This document shows positions 39,564-48,891 of a stretch of 64,000 nt of DNA, in pieces (positions within the stretch are counted from its first letter, which is position 1; the number at the start of each line of letters is the position of its first letter). The stretch is from Clostridiales bacterium. GTDB lineage: Bacteria; Bacillota; Clostridia; Christensenellales; QALW01. Made by a program: the position numbers and the translations under genes. Where the stretch lies: positions 376 through 64,375 of the forward strand of contig SVIH01000011.1 of the NCBI GenBank assembly GCA_015069575.1, written 5' to 3'. The notes beneath the pieces were generated by a model. The model was not told the origin of the DNA and made no database searches. It saw only the letters and a list, made by a program, of their open reading frames with translations.

Positions 39564-40955
39564 TTAAATAAAATCTTCGATATTGCCTAAAATTCCATAA
39601 TCTGCATAATCAAAAATAGGCGCGTCTTTATCGGGGTTGATTGCAATAACAGTTCCTGCCCGTTGCATACCAACAATGTGGTGAACTGCCCCTGAAACGC
39701 CAATGGCTATATAAACCGGCGGGCTTACTGTTTTGCCTGTTAATCCAACTTGCAGACTGTAAGGAAGAATATCATTATCAACTGCTTTTCTTGTGGTGGA
39801 AATATCTGCATTAATGGTAGAAGCAAATTCTTTTAATTTTTCAATATGGTCTTTTGCACCGTAACCAAGAGCGATTATTATATCACTATCTGTTTTTGCA
39901 GTTCTTACCGTTGCCATTGCGGGCATAGTAAGGCTTTCTATTTTAGCGATAATACTGCCTGAAAGGGCAGGACGGTACATAATCAGTTTATTACCATCAG
40001 TTTCAAGTGTTGTGCAATCGGCACAAAGCCCAAGGTTAAGCATTGCGCTTACTTTTGCAGAAGTTTCTTTGCTCCAGGCGTCGCTTGCCCATAAAACAGC
40101 GTTGGGCTTTTGCTCTTTTATAATTTCAGCAATAGTTTCAGCGTCAGTTTTATCAACAATAGTAATATCGTCACTTACAGTTTGCGCAAAACTTAACGGA
40201 TCCTCTCCTACAATAAATACTTTATTTAATTTTGTATTGTTATTCATTAAAACATCAGTTTTAGAACTGTTTTTACTTAACCCTGCATCTATTGCTGATT
40301 GCAATTGGGTAAAGGGAATAAACTGGCACTTTCTTTTGCCTGATTGATTTTCAAAGGTTTTAAGCACCCTTGTAGGCGAGCCTGTAAGACCGCATTTTTT
40401 TATATCAGCGCCAATATCTTGTGCTGACCATATTTCAACTGTTCCCATTTTAGATAATATACTGGGAAGCCTTAGATTGTTAATGCGTTCAACAGTAATT
40501 AATGCAGGAAGTAATACCTTTTGAACACCCATTTCACGAGTGGTGCATGTAATGGTATCGTTGATATCATTAATTTCCATAACATTGGTTATAAGGTTTA
40601 AGTTTGCATAAACAGATAACATTGGTCCTGTTTGCGCAGTATCACCAACCAAGGTTTGCCTGCCACAGAAAACAAGGTCAGGGGACAGTTTTTTTACTGC
40701 TAAAGAAAGAGCGTATGCAGTTGCTAAAGTATCAGCGCCGGCAAAGGCTTTATCTGATAAAAGTATAGCCCTTTTTGCACCAAGCCGTGTAAGGCGTAAA
40801 AGAAAATCTTTTGTTGTTAAGGGCCCCATACTTATTATAGTAACCTCTGCCCCGGGAATGCTTAAGGCAGCCTCATAAGCGCAAGCGTCGAATGGGTTGA
40901 TTTCACCGTCAAGCCCTTGACGGATACAAACAAGTATCTTCATATTATCTCTCAT
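39564..40955 (-). CDS. fused electron transfer flavoprotein (EtfB-like N-half, EtfA-like C-half)
   Basis: N-terminal KILVCIRQ...NPFDACAYEAAL is EtfB-type. C-terminal YIAIGVSGAVHHIVGMQRAGTVIAINPDKDAPIF is the EtfA FAD domain. One continuous ORF. The start may be the ATG at 40943. Confidence 0.8.
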   Translation of the reverse strand: MRDNMKILVCIRQGLDGEINPFDACAYEAALSIPGAEVTIISMGPLTTKDFLLRLTRLGAKRAILLSDKAFAGADTLATAYALSLAVKKLSPDLVFCGRQTLVGDTAQTGPMLSVYANLNLITNVMEINDINDTITCTTREMGVQKVLLPALITVERINNLRLPSILSKMGTVEIWSAQDIGADIKKCGLTGSPTRVLKTFENQSGKRKCQFIPFTQLQSAIDAGLSKNSSKTDVLMNNNTKLNKVFIVGEDPLSFAQTVSDDITIVDKTDAETIAEIIKEQKPNAVLWASDAWSKETSAKVSAMLNLGLCADCTTLETDGNKLIMYRPALSGSIIAKIESLTMPAMATVRTAKTDSDIIIALGYGAKDHIEKLKEFASTINADISTTRKAVDNDILPYSLQVGLTGKTVSPPVYIAIGVSGAVHHIVGMQRAGTVIAINPDKDAPIFDYADYGILGNIEDFI

Positions 40956-42414
40956 TATAAATAGGTGCTAATGCATCATGTATTTTTTTATAAGATTCAA
41001 AAACTTTGCGGTACTTAAGAGTGTTTTCAGTGTTAGGATAAGTAATATCAGATTCTTTAACACACTTTTCAACTGCATCAAGGGGGTCTTTAAAAACGCC
41101 AACCGCAATACCTGCAAGCATTGCTGAACCTAAAGAGGAATCACTGCTTTGTGTGGTTTTAAGCGCTATTCCAAGTGCGTCTGAAATCATCTGGCGCCAC
41201 AGTTTTCCTTTTGTACCGCCGCCTATTGCGGTGGCAACTGAATTATAGGGAATATTTAAAGAATCAAGATACAATTTGCTATCAAGTAATGAATATGCAA
41301 CGCCTTCTAATACTGCGCGGGTGAAGTGTGCTTTTGTGTGTGTGGCGCGAACACCTGTAAAACTACCGCAAAGCATAGGATCAGCATAGGGGGTTAATTC
41401 ACCGTTAAGATAGGGGTGGAAAATTAGTCCATCACAACCAATGGCTATGTCTTTTGCGCCATCGTCAAGTTCTTTGTATTCGCCGCCGAATGTATCTCTG
41501 TACCAACGGTAAGATGCTGCGCATGATTTTGTTGCAGTGCCTGGATACCAAAGGCCTTCTGAAATGTGTGAATAGTTTACAAGGTGCTTATCAGGGTAAG
41601 GTTTATCGGTAATAACACAAATTCTGCCTGCTGTTGCAAGTTTAACGGTTACATCACCTTTTTTAACTGCACCGCTTGCAAAAACTTCCATAACAGTATC
41701 TGTTGTTCCGCAAATAACGGGAATTCCTTGCTTAAGTCCTGTTAACTGTGAAGCCTCAGAAGTAACACTTCCGATAATGTCGGTAGGTTTAACTATAGGC
41801 GGAAGCATTTGGGTAGTTATACCTGCTAATAAGCAAAGGTCATTATCCCATTGCATTTTGTTGCAGTCAAAAAGCATACTTCCCTGTGCTTCAATATAAT
41901 CGGTGCAGAAAACGCCTGTTAAGAAATAGCGCACATAATCTTTTTCGAAAAATATATATTTTGATTTTTCGAAGTTTTCAGGTTCGTTATCTTTAAGCCA
42001 TATAAGTTGTGGAAGCGTCCATATAGTATTTGGCTTATGAAAGGTTTTTTTAAAAATTTCGTCACCTAAAGAATCAAGCAAAATATCTGCCTGTTTTCTT
42101 GAACGGGTATCAGTCCAATGAATTGCGTTGCGAACAGGGTTAAAATTTTCATCGCAAACAAGAAAAGAATGGGTTGCTGAATCTATTGCTATTGCCAAAA
42201 TATCAGCACTATCAATACCGCTTTTTGCAAGTATTGATTTACTGTTTTTTAAAAGGGCATTAATCCAATCTTCAGGATCTTGTTCGCAAGCGCCTGCTTG
42301 TGGATATAATGTAGGGTATTCAACTGTATTTTCGGCAATTATATTGCCATTTGTATCAATAAGCGTTGCTTTTGAAGCGCCGCCGCCAAAATCTATACCT
42401 AAAAGATATTTCAT
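40945..42414 (-). CDS. FGGY family carbohydrate kinase (xylulokinase-like)
   Basis: LLGIDFGGGASKATL N-terminus, GGG(T/A)K near the C-terminus. Length 489 aa. Confidence 0.9.
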   Translation of the reverse strand: MKYLLGIDFGGGASKATLIDTNGNIIAENTVEYPTLYPQAGACEQDPEDWINALLKNSKSILAKSGIDSADILAIAIDSATHSFLVCDENFNPVRNAIHWTDTRSRKQADILLDSLGDEIFKKTFHKPNTIWTLPQLIWLKDNEPENFEKSKYIFFEKDYVRYFLTGVFCTDYIEAQGSMLFDCNKMQWDNDLCLLAGITTQMLPPIVKPTDIIGSVTSEASQLTGLKQGIPVICGTTDTVMEVFASGAVKKGDVTVKLATAGRICVITDKPYPDKHLVNYSHISEGLWYPGTATKSCAASYRWYRDTFGGEYKELDDGAKDIAIGCDGLIFHPYLNGELTPYADPMLCGSFTGVRATHTKAHFTRAVLEGVAYSLLDSKLYLDSLNIPYNSVATAIGGGTKGKLWRQMISDALGIALKTTQSSDSSLGSAMLAGIAVGVFKDPLDAVEKCVKESDITYPNTENTLKYRKVFESYKKIHDALAPIYNER

Positions 42415-42429
42415 GCTTTTTACATTCCT

Positions 42430-43089
42430 TTAATATTTAATCTGGAAATTTGTTCCTGTAATGCCTGCAACAACGCCTTTATTGATTAATGATTTGTTGT
42501 CAACATGTGCGATAATCCATTTGTTTTTGCGGAATAATAACGGATTAACTGTTTTTACAGTAAGATCAGTATTAGTGTCTTTAGGTAAGCCAACAATACA
42601 ACCAAAGCCGTCATCACTTACCTGGCAGGGACAGTAGTGTAATGAAGTTGCATAAACTTCAACAGCGGTGCCTGCCGGCAAATAAAACGCCTTAAATTTA
42701 GAAGAATCAATTTTATTGTTTTCAACATCCCAAAGATGACCTAAAATAAGCACGATAGGGGTGATGGCAATATTAATTTCACTTGAAGTATGCCATTCTG
42801 TAGCATCCATAAAAGAGTTGTAACCCCAACAGTATCCTACCTGTGATCCAAGAGTGCCAAAGAATTCGTTTTTAAGTTCTGTGGCAATATCAAGGTTTTC
42901 AAATTCCTTAACTGAGGGCAAGTATGCTGAACCGCTTTCTGTGTTGGGGATTTTTTTTGCTTCAGAAACAAGTTCTGAAATATCAAGGCCGTTTATAATT
43001 CTGCCAAATGATGAAAATTCTTTATCACTTACATCATAAAATTCAATTTCCGGGTTTAATTTTTTTAATTTTTCTAACATTTTATTCAC
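42430..43089 (-). CDS. uncharacterised protein, DUF4867-like or cupin-like (assignment from memory)
   Basis: 219 aa with no catalytic motif recognised. Sits between the IolB-like gene and the kinase gene. Confidence 0.45.
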   Translation of the reverse strand: MNKMLEKLKKLNPEIEFYDVSDKEFSSFGRIINGLDISELVSEAKKIPNTESGSAYLPSVKEFENLDIATELKNEFFGTLGSQVGYCWGYNSFMDATEWHTSSEINIAITPIVLILGHLWDVENNKIDSSKFKAFYLPAGTAVEVYATSLHYCPCQVSDDGFGCIVGLPKDTNTDLTVKTVNPLLFRKNKWIIAHVDNKSLINKGVVAGITGTNFQIKY

Positions 43090-43168
43090 CTTATTTAAAA
43101 TATATTTAAATTGCTTTATGCAATTCTATGTTCGTTTTTAAAATACTATTTTTTGTTCAAATTAGGAT

Positions 43169-43200
43169 AATAGAGATATACCCGTTGGCATATCTCTATT
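43169..43200 (-). other. intercistronic 11-bp-stem hairpin
   Basis: AATAGAGATAT-N10-ATATCTCTATT directly after the iolB-like stop. There is no clear T-run. Confidence 0.4.
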
Positions 43201-43207
43201 TTAAAAT

Positions 43208-44008
43208 TTATCTTTTTTCTATCCAGGCGTGTTCAGGGTCAGAACTTCTGTTAAAGCCCTGATAATCCCCTGCCATAAGCCAAAGGAAATATGTTTTATA
43301 ACCGGGGGTTGAAACGGTTGTATGGTATCCGTAAGGGAATTCTACAAGCTCGTCATTTTTAACCCTGTATGCTTCGTCAAGTTCGCCGTCAGCAGTATAG
43401 AGGCATTGAACTGCAAAGCCTTGCTTGGGGTCAAACAGGAAGTAATAAATTTCTTCAGCAATACATTCTGTGGGCATATTGTTTTCATCATGCTTGTGTG
43501 GTGGGAATCCTGCCCAGTTACCTTCAGTACAATATGCTTCGCCGATAGTTAAGATTTTGGCATTTGAATTACCGTCAATAATAAAACTTGTTTCTCTCTG
43601 GAAAGGTTGTTCGCCTAAAAGTTTTAAAATGACATGGTCTTCGCGCAAAACCTGAGGCTGTGTTTTTTCCTGAACAGGTGTTGCGCAAACTGCTATCTTA
43701 ATATGGTCAATAGCTTCTATTGAAAGCTCCTGCTCTTTAGGCATATAAAAACTTTCAGCCTTGCGGTTTTCAAAAACAGACATTCTGTTACCAACATTTT
43801 CATAAACTTCATCGTTTACATAAACATTGCAGTGACCTTCAAGCATAATAAAAGCAGTTTCTTTATCTTCTGTATCGAAGAATAACTTCTGACCTGCGTC
43901 AAGTTCAATAATGCCAAACTCAAGTTTTTTAAGGCTACATTCACCAATTTTGCAAATGGGTGTATAACCTATGCTTGATTTATACGCTTTCTTAAAGTTC
44001 ATATTCAT
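43208..44008 (-). CDS. IolB-like 5-deoxy-glucuronate isomerase family cupin
   Basis: Colinear with B. subtilis IolB by eye (GNWAGFPPHKHD..., GYHTTV..., DPEHAWI). Confidence 0.82.
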   Translation of the reverse strand: MNMNFKKAYKSSIGYTPICKIGECSLKKLEFGIIELDAGQKLFFDTEDKETAFIMLEGHCNVYVNDEVYENVGNRMSVFENRKAESFYMPKEQELSIEAIDHIKIAVCATPVQEKTQPQVLREDHVILKLLGEQPFQRETSFIIDGNSNAKILTIGEAYCTEGNWAGFPPHKHDENNMPTECIAEEIYYFLFDPKQGFAVQCLYTADGELDEAYRVKNDELVEFPYGYHTTVSTPGYKTYFLWLMAGDYQGFNRSSDPEHAWIEKR

Positions 44009-44036
44009 TCTCCTTTAAGTTTTGTAGTATCAAAAT

Positions 44037-44096
44037 GGGGAACACATTCCCTTGTGCTTATAAAAATATTAAATATAGAACACAAGGGATCAGTGT
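44037..44096. repeat. inverted pair of degenerate REP-like units (REPIN-like)
   Basis: GGGGAACACATTCCCTTGTG ... GAACACAAGGGATCAGTGTT. Together they form a long imperfect hairpin. The arms resemble the 24.8-25.5 kb hairpins but with shortened loops. Confidence 0.3.
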
Positions 44097-44108
44097 TATT
44101 GATATAAA

Positions 44109-45206
44109 TTATTCACCTAAAATTAAATCTTCAATAGAAATTATTTCAACATCTTCTGCTACTGCTTTTAATGAAACATATTCAGAAACGCAAGCTGTTA
44201 CAATAGCGTTTGCACCGATGCTTGTTGCATTAAAGATTCTGCGTGCAGCAACTTTTTTAATAATTTCAGGCATATATTGTGCCATTAAAATGTTACCTGC
44301 CCAAACAGTTTCAGCACGGTTAAGAAGCATTTCATCTAAAGAAGCGTAAGCGCTTACGATTTCGCGCGCAGGTTCTGTTTCTTCAAGATCTCTTGAAAGC
44401 TGATAAGGATCCTGGAAAACAACTTTTTTGCCGCTATTAACAGCTTTTAACTTACCATCTTTAATAAGATCTGCTACAAAGCTTGTGTATGTAACAACAT
44501 TAGCCTTAACTTCGATGCCGTATTCCTTGTAAAGTTGTTTAATAGCCTTTGAATCATTGGGGTCATAAACAACAACAGTTTTATACTGATCAAGAACTTT
44601 AGCACAAGCAGCCATTTGTTCTTTGGTTTCGTTTGCAGCGCCGATAAGGAAATCAAGTTGAACGCCTGTAGGAACTTCGTTTTCTAAAACTGCAAAATCA
44701 ACACCTGCTTTTTCAAGAACTTTAATTGCCTTTAAAGCCTGCTGGCAAGCCATAAACTTAGCGTCAACACCAAGTAAAAGAAGAGTATCTTTTTTATCGG
44801 CGTGAGCCTTAATTGCTGCTGTTAAAGTATCGCAAGTTGCAGTTTTTCCGTAAGCATTACCTGTTTCGATACAGTTAGAAACAAGTGTCATAATATATTC
44901 GGGAAGTTTGCCTTCTAAAGCAGCCTGTAATCTTGTTTCTTTTGTGAACATTACAGGATCCCAACCTGTGATACAATCATGTACGCAAGCACCGCAGGTG
45001 CAGCATTCATAAATATTATCCATAATTTCGCTAAGGTCAATTGCTCCACGGTTTACAAGAGAAATACCAAGTGCCCTTGCCCTTGCGGTGTTTCTTTCCT
45101 GACCTGTTGCATTACCGATAGGGCAGATGTGATGGCACATCCAGCAAAAACGACAGGAATCAACATGCTGTTTGCATTTTTCTGACATTATCATTGTTAT
45201 TTCCAC
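44109..45206 (-). CDS. (Fe-S)-binding protein, GlcF/GlpC-like with degenerate Cys-rich domains
   Basis: Two CxxCxxCxxxC(P) motifs (CRFCWMCHHICP, CCTCGACVHDC). The C-terminal two thirds lack CCG cysteines. Confidence 0.78.
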   Translation of the reverse strand: MEITMIMSEKCKQHVDSCRFCWMCHHICPIGNATGQERNTARARALGISLVNRGAIDLSEIMDNIYECCTCGACVHDCITGWDPVMFTKETRLQAALEGKLPEYIMTLVSNCIETGNAYGKTATCDTLTAAIKAHADKKDTLLLLGVDAKFMACQQALKAIKVLEKAGVDFAVLENEVPTGVQLDFLIGAANETKEQMAACAKVLDQYKTVVVYDPNDSKAIKQLYKEYGIEVKANVVTYTSFVADLIKDGKLKAVNSGKKVVFQDPYQLSRDLEETEPAREIVSAYASLDEMLLNRAETVWAGNILMAQYMPEIIKKVAARRIFNATSIGANAIVTACVSEYVSLKAVAEDVEIISIEDLILGE

Positions 45207-45214
45207 CCTTTCTA

Positions 45215-46651
45215 TTAAAGACCTAATTTAAACGGATTCATAATTCCGTTGGGGTCAAGTGTTTTCTTAAGTCCTTCAAATACTTGCATTGCAGGACCAT
45301 ACTGTTCTTTCATAAGACGGCCTAATTTAATACCAACACCGTGGTGGTCATTTACAACACCGCCATGTGCCAATGCTGCGCGAACACCACATGTCCAAAC
45401 AGCCTGATGAAGTCTGAGTGCTTCAACGGGATCTTTAGGAACATCTTTACCTTCAATAATAAAGCGGTCATAAACCATTGCGCCCCACTCATACCAGTGT
45501 GAGAAGTGTGCAATAAATTTAGCCTGTGGGAAGTTGGTTTCGATAGCTTCCTTCATTGCCCAATAGATTTCTTCAATCTTGCCATAAGGTGCGATTGTAT
45601 CCATTGTACCAAACATCTGAGGAATATCCATCATGTGACCGGGATAGAAGAATGTAATCTTTTCTTTCCACCATTTTTCACCGTATTCGCTGCCAAGGTC
45701 TTCAGCGCCATACTTTTTAAAGGTTTCAAGAAGAATCTTTTCTTCAACATCAACCATTTCCTTAACGCCTTCATAAGCGATGTTCATGAAAGCACCTTTG
45801 CGTTCAACACCAACGATCTTTTTGATAAGTGAAGCGGTTTCAGCTTCGTCGTACAAACGCATTACGGAAGGTTTAAATTTCTGTAAAAGTTCACGGCTTG
45901 CTTTGAAAGCGCCATTCATATCCTGGAATAAGAAGCCACGGAAGCGTCTTTCTTCAGGCTGATCAAAAATACGGATCTGTGCTTTGGTAATGATACCAAG
46001 TGTTCCTTCTGAACCGATGAAAATCTGGTTAAGGTCAGGACCTGCAGCGTGTTTAGGTGCAGAACATGTATTAATGATATCACCGTTAGGAAGAACAACT
46101 TCCATCTGTAATACCATATCGTCAATTTTGCCGTATTTGGTTGAAACAACACCGATACCACGGTGTGCAAGGAAACCACCAACAGTTGAGCAGGTAAGTG
46201 AAGAAGGATAGTGCATTGTTGCTTTGCCTACTTCGTTTGCAGCCCATTCAATGTGCTTATAAATAGCACCTGTGCCACATTCAATATACATACCTTCGGT
46301 ATTAACTTCGTAAATCTTGTTCATACGCTTGGTATCAAGAATAATACCACCGCAAACAGGAATAGCGCCACCCTGTGTTCCGCCACCTGCACCCCATGTT
46401 GTAACAGGAAGTTTATAGTAGTTAGCAATTTTTACTACTTTTGAAACCTCTTGTGCGTTTTCGGGGCAAACAACAAAGTCAGCCTCAGGCATGCGGCAAC
46501 CACGGTCAGCCCACATACGAGATAACCAATAGTAGTCAACACTGTGTGTTACCTTGTCAATCGCTCTTGTTGAACAATTCTCTTTGCCGACTGCATCTTC
46601 AAGTTCGGTCAAAATCATTGCAAACAAAAATTCATTCATTTGATACTGCAT
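45215..46651 (-). CDS. FAD-binding oxidoreductase (GlcD / alkyl-DHAP-synthase-like, FAD_binding_4)
   Basis: TWGAGGGTQGG, C-terminal HHGVG and LDPNGIMNP motifs. Confidence 0.9.
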   Translation of the reverse strand: MQYQMNEFLFAMILTELEDAVGKENCSTRAIDKVTHSVDYYWLSRMWADRGCRMPEADFVVCPENAQEVSKVVKIANYYKLPVTTWGAGGGTQGGAIPVCGGIILDTKRMNKIYEVNTEGMYIECGTGAIYKHIEWAANEVGKATMHYPSSLTCSTVGGFLAHRGIGVVSTKYGKIDDMVLQMEVVLPNGDIINTCSAPKHAAGPDLNQIFIGSEGTLGIITKAQIRIFDQPEERRFRGFLFQDMNGAFKASRELLQKFKPSVMRLYDEAETASLIKKIVGVERKGAFMNIAYEGVKEMVDVEEKILLETFKKYGAEDLGSEYGEKWWKEKITFFYPGHMMDIPQMFGTMDTIAPYGKIEEIYWAMKEAIETNFPQAKFIAHFSHWYEWGAMVYDRFIIEGKDVPKDPVEALRLHQAVWTCGVRAALAHGGVVNDHHGVGIKLGRLMKEQYGPAMQVFEGLKKTLDPNGIMNPFKLGL

Positions 46652-46803
46652 TTTTTTCTCTCCTTTTAATAAAATATTTGTATCATTTTTTAATTGTAAT
46701 GAGGCGCATAAAGCACCCTTAATTTACAAAATTACCCTATCATCATTAAGGTTCACCAAAGATTATAACAGCAAAGTATAAAAAAATGAATGTTATAATC
46801 ATT

Positions 46804-46823
46804 ACGTTTTTTGTAAAAAACGT
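46804..46823. promoter_or_regulatory. 20-bp palindrome in the divergent araC/operon control region
   Basis: ACGTTTTTT-GT-AAAAAACGT abutting the -35 of the araC promoter (TTCAAT-16-TGCTATAAT at 46824-46851). Confidence 0.35.
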
Positions 46824-46882
46824 TTCAATTTATAAAAATATGTGCTATAATATAAAAAAGAAACCATAAAGGAGATGAAATT

Positions 46883-47719
46883 ATGAAAATTATTCCTTTT
46901 CAAGAACTGTACAGCGCTGAGTTTTTTATAAGCGAACCTTTGGTAAAAGGGCAGAATTGGTATGGTAGAAATAATCTTTATTCTTGTATGGGCAAACCAA
47001 AGCCGTCACACACGTTACTTTGGTTTAAAAACTGCCGCGCAAAAATTACCGATAGCACCGGAAAAGTTATTTTTGCAGAAAAAAATCAGATAGCATATAT
47101 GTCAAAGGGCATTGAATATATGGTGCATTTTTACGATACTGCACCAAACCAAGAAGATAGTATAGCATTTCATTTTCAACTTGTTGACAGATTTGGCGCA
47201 GAAATCACGCCTACATTATCACCGCAAATTTGTATAAAAAATGTTGATACAACAATGGCACTTTCTATTGAAACCGCAGCAGAAGAATTTAATAAAAACA
47301 TCGTTTGCTTACCTGTTATTACTTCTGTTATTTATCAGTTGCTGGGTCTGGCGTGCCAAATTCAACGAAAACGCGTTGTAAATCACAAGTATAAGTACAT
47401 CAGTGAAGGTATCGAACTGATGGAAAATAATTCGGACAAGCCACTTAACGAAATTGCCAAAATCTGTGGCGTAAGCGAAGGTTATTTCAGAAAACTTTTC
47501 AGGGAATATAGTGGGCAGAATCCCATTGATTTTAGACAAAAATACCGGGTAGAAAAGTCAAAACACCTTCTTCTTTTAGATATTTTTTCTATTAGTGAAA
47601 TCGCAGAAGAACTGCATTTTTCTGATGTTTATCACTTTAGTAAAACTTTTAAAAAGTTCACAGGAGTGTCTCCCCAAAAATATATTAAGCAAAATAATGC
47701 CGAAAAAAATCAGTTATAA
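46883..47719 (+). CDS. AraC family transcriptional regulator
   Basis: C-terminal double HTH (IAKICGVSEGYFRKLFREY..., ISEIAEELHFSDVYHFSKTFKKFTGVSP) and a cupin-like N-domain. Confidence 0.9.
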   Translation: MKIIPFQELYSAEFFISEPLVKGQNWYGRNNLYSCMGKPKPSHTLLWFKNCRAKITDSTGKVIFAEKNQIAYMSKGIEYMVHFYDTAPNQEDSIAFHFQLVDRFGAEITPTLSPQICIKNVDTTMALSIETAAEEFNKNIVCLPVITSVIYQLLGLACQIQRKRVVNHKYKYISEGIELMENNSDKPLNEIAKICGVSEGYFRKLFREYSGQNPIDFRQKYRVEKSKHLLLLDIFSISEIAEELHFSDVYHFSKTFKKFTGVSPQKYIKQNNAEKNQL

Positions 47720-47852
47720 TATACTGATGGATCTAAATGTTACAAAAAAATTACAAAAAAGTATTGACTTTTTTTATAAATTCCGATATACTTTGTAATA
47801 GAAAAGTAATAATATGGGAGTTATTTCCTAAAAAAAGAGAGGTGGTAAAGTT

Positions 47853-48731
47853 ATGTTAAAGCATTACATAACGGGATTTATATTAACCGTGCTTTTAATA
47901 ACTGCCATTATCATACCTGCTTCGGCAGAGGAACAACTTGATACCGGAATTAATGATGGGTATTATTATTCAGTTTTACAGTTAAACGATAATAGTACTG
48001 ATGTTGTTAATTTGCAGTCAAGATTAAGGGATCTTGGTTATTATAATTATAAGGTAACCGGTTATTTTGGTTCATTAACAGAATATTCTGTAAAACTTTT
48101 TCAAAAATATAATGGTATTGAGCAGGTTGGATATGTTGACCAGGCAACAAGCATTAAACTTTACAGTAATGATGCTGTAAGAATGCCAATGTCTGCAGTA
48201 GATGCTTCGGCAGATAGGTTTGGCGTTACACCATCACCTACACCAAAGGCAACTGCTAAACCAACTAAAAAGCCATCTTCAAGCACAACAACATCTAATA
48301 ACGCTAATATTTCTTCGCCAGGAAGCGTTAAAACAGGCGAATATATGGATTGGTCACAAGTTAAAAACATATTTAAAAAAGGCACAAAAGCAACAGTATA
48401 TGATTTTAACACAGGTGTTTCATGGACTGTAAAGAGAACAGGCGGCAGCAAACATGCTGATGTTGAACCGGTTTCTGCAACAGATACAGCCCTTTATAAA
48501 AAGGCGCTTGGTAAGTATTATATGAACTGGAAACGCCAACCCTGTGTGATTGTTGTAAGCGGATATCGCATTGCAGGTTCATATCATGGATATCCACATG
48601 GATATGATTCAATTTCAGGCAATAATCTTTCCGGCCACTATTGTATCCACTTTAAAAACAGCCGAACACATTGTTCCAATAAAATTGATGCCGACCATCA
48701 GGCTTGCGTAAGAAAAGCCGCAGGAGTATAA
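47853..48731 (+). CDS. secreted peptidoglycan-binding (PG_binding_1) domain protein
   Basis: Signal peptide, LQSRLRDLGYY...YFGSLTEYSVKLFQ repeat, Pro/Thr/Ser linker, and an uncharacterised C-domain. Confidence 0.75.
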   Translation: MLKHYITGFILTVLLITAIIIPASAEEQLDTGINDGYYYSVLQLNDNSTDVVNLQSRLRDLGYYNYKVTGYFGSLTEYSVKLFQKYNGIEQVGYVDQATSIKLYSNDAVRMPMSAVDASADRFGVTPSPTPKATAKPTKKPSSSTTTSNNANISSPGSVKTGEYMDWSQVKNIFKKGTKATVYDFNTGVSWTVKRTGGSKHADVEPVSATDTALYKKALGKYYMNWKRQPCVIVVSGYRIAGSYHGYPHGYDSISGNNLSGHYCIHFKNSRTHCSNKIDADHQACVRKAAGV

Positions 48732-48733
48732 TT

Positions 48734-48764
48734 AAAGCCCGACATTTTTGTCGGGCTTTTTTAT
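48734..48764 (+). terminator. rho-independent terminator
   Basis: Stem AGCCCGAC / GTCGGGCT followed by a T6 run. Confidence 0.85.
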
Positions 48765-48891
48765 TGTTTTATAAATATTTTTAACGGATTTTTGCTAGCG
48801 GGAATAATAAGTTTTTATTTTAACTTTAAAAGTATTGCCTGTTATTTTATCGGCGTAAATTCCGTTTTTAATATAAAGAACATCGTCTTTA

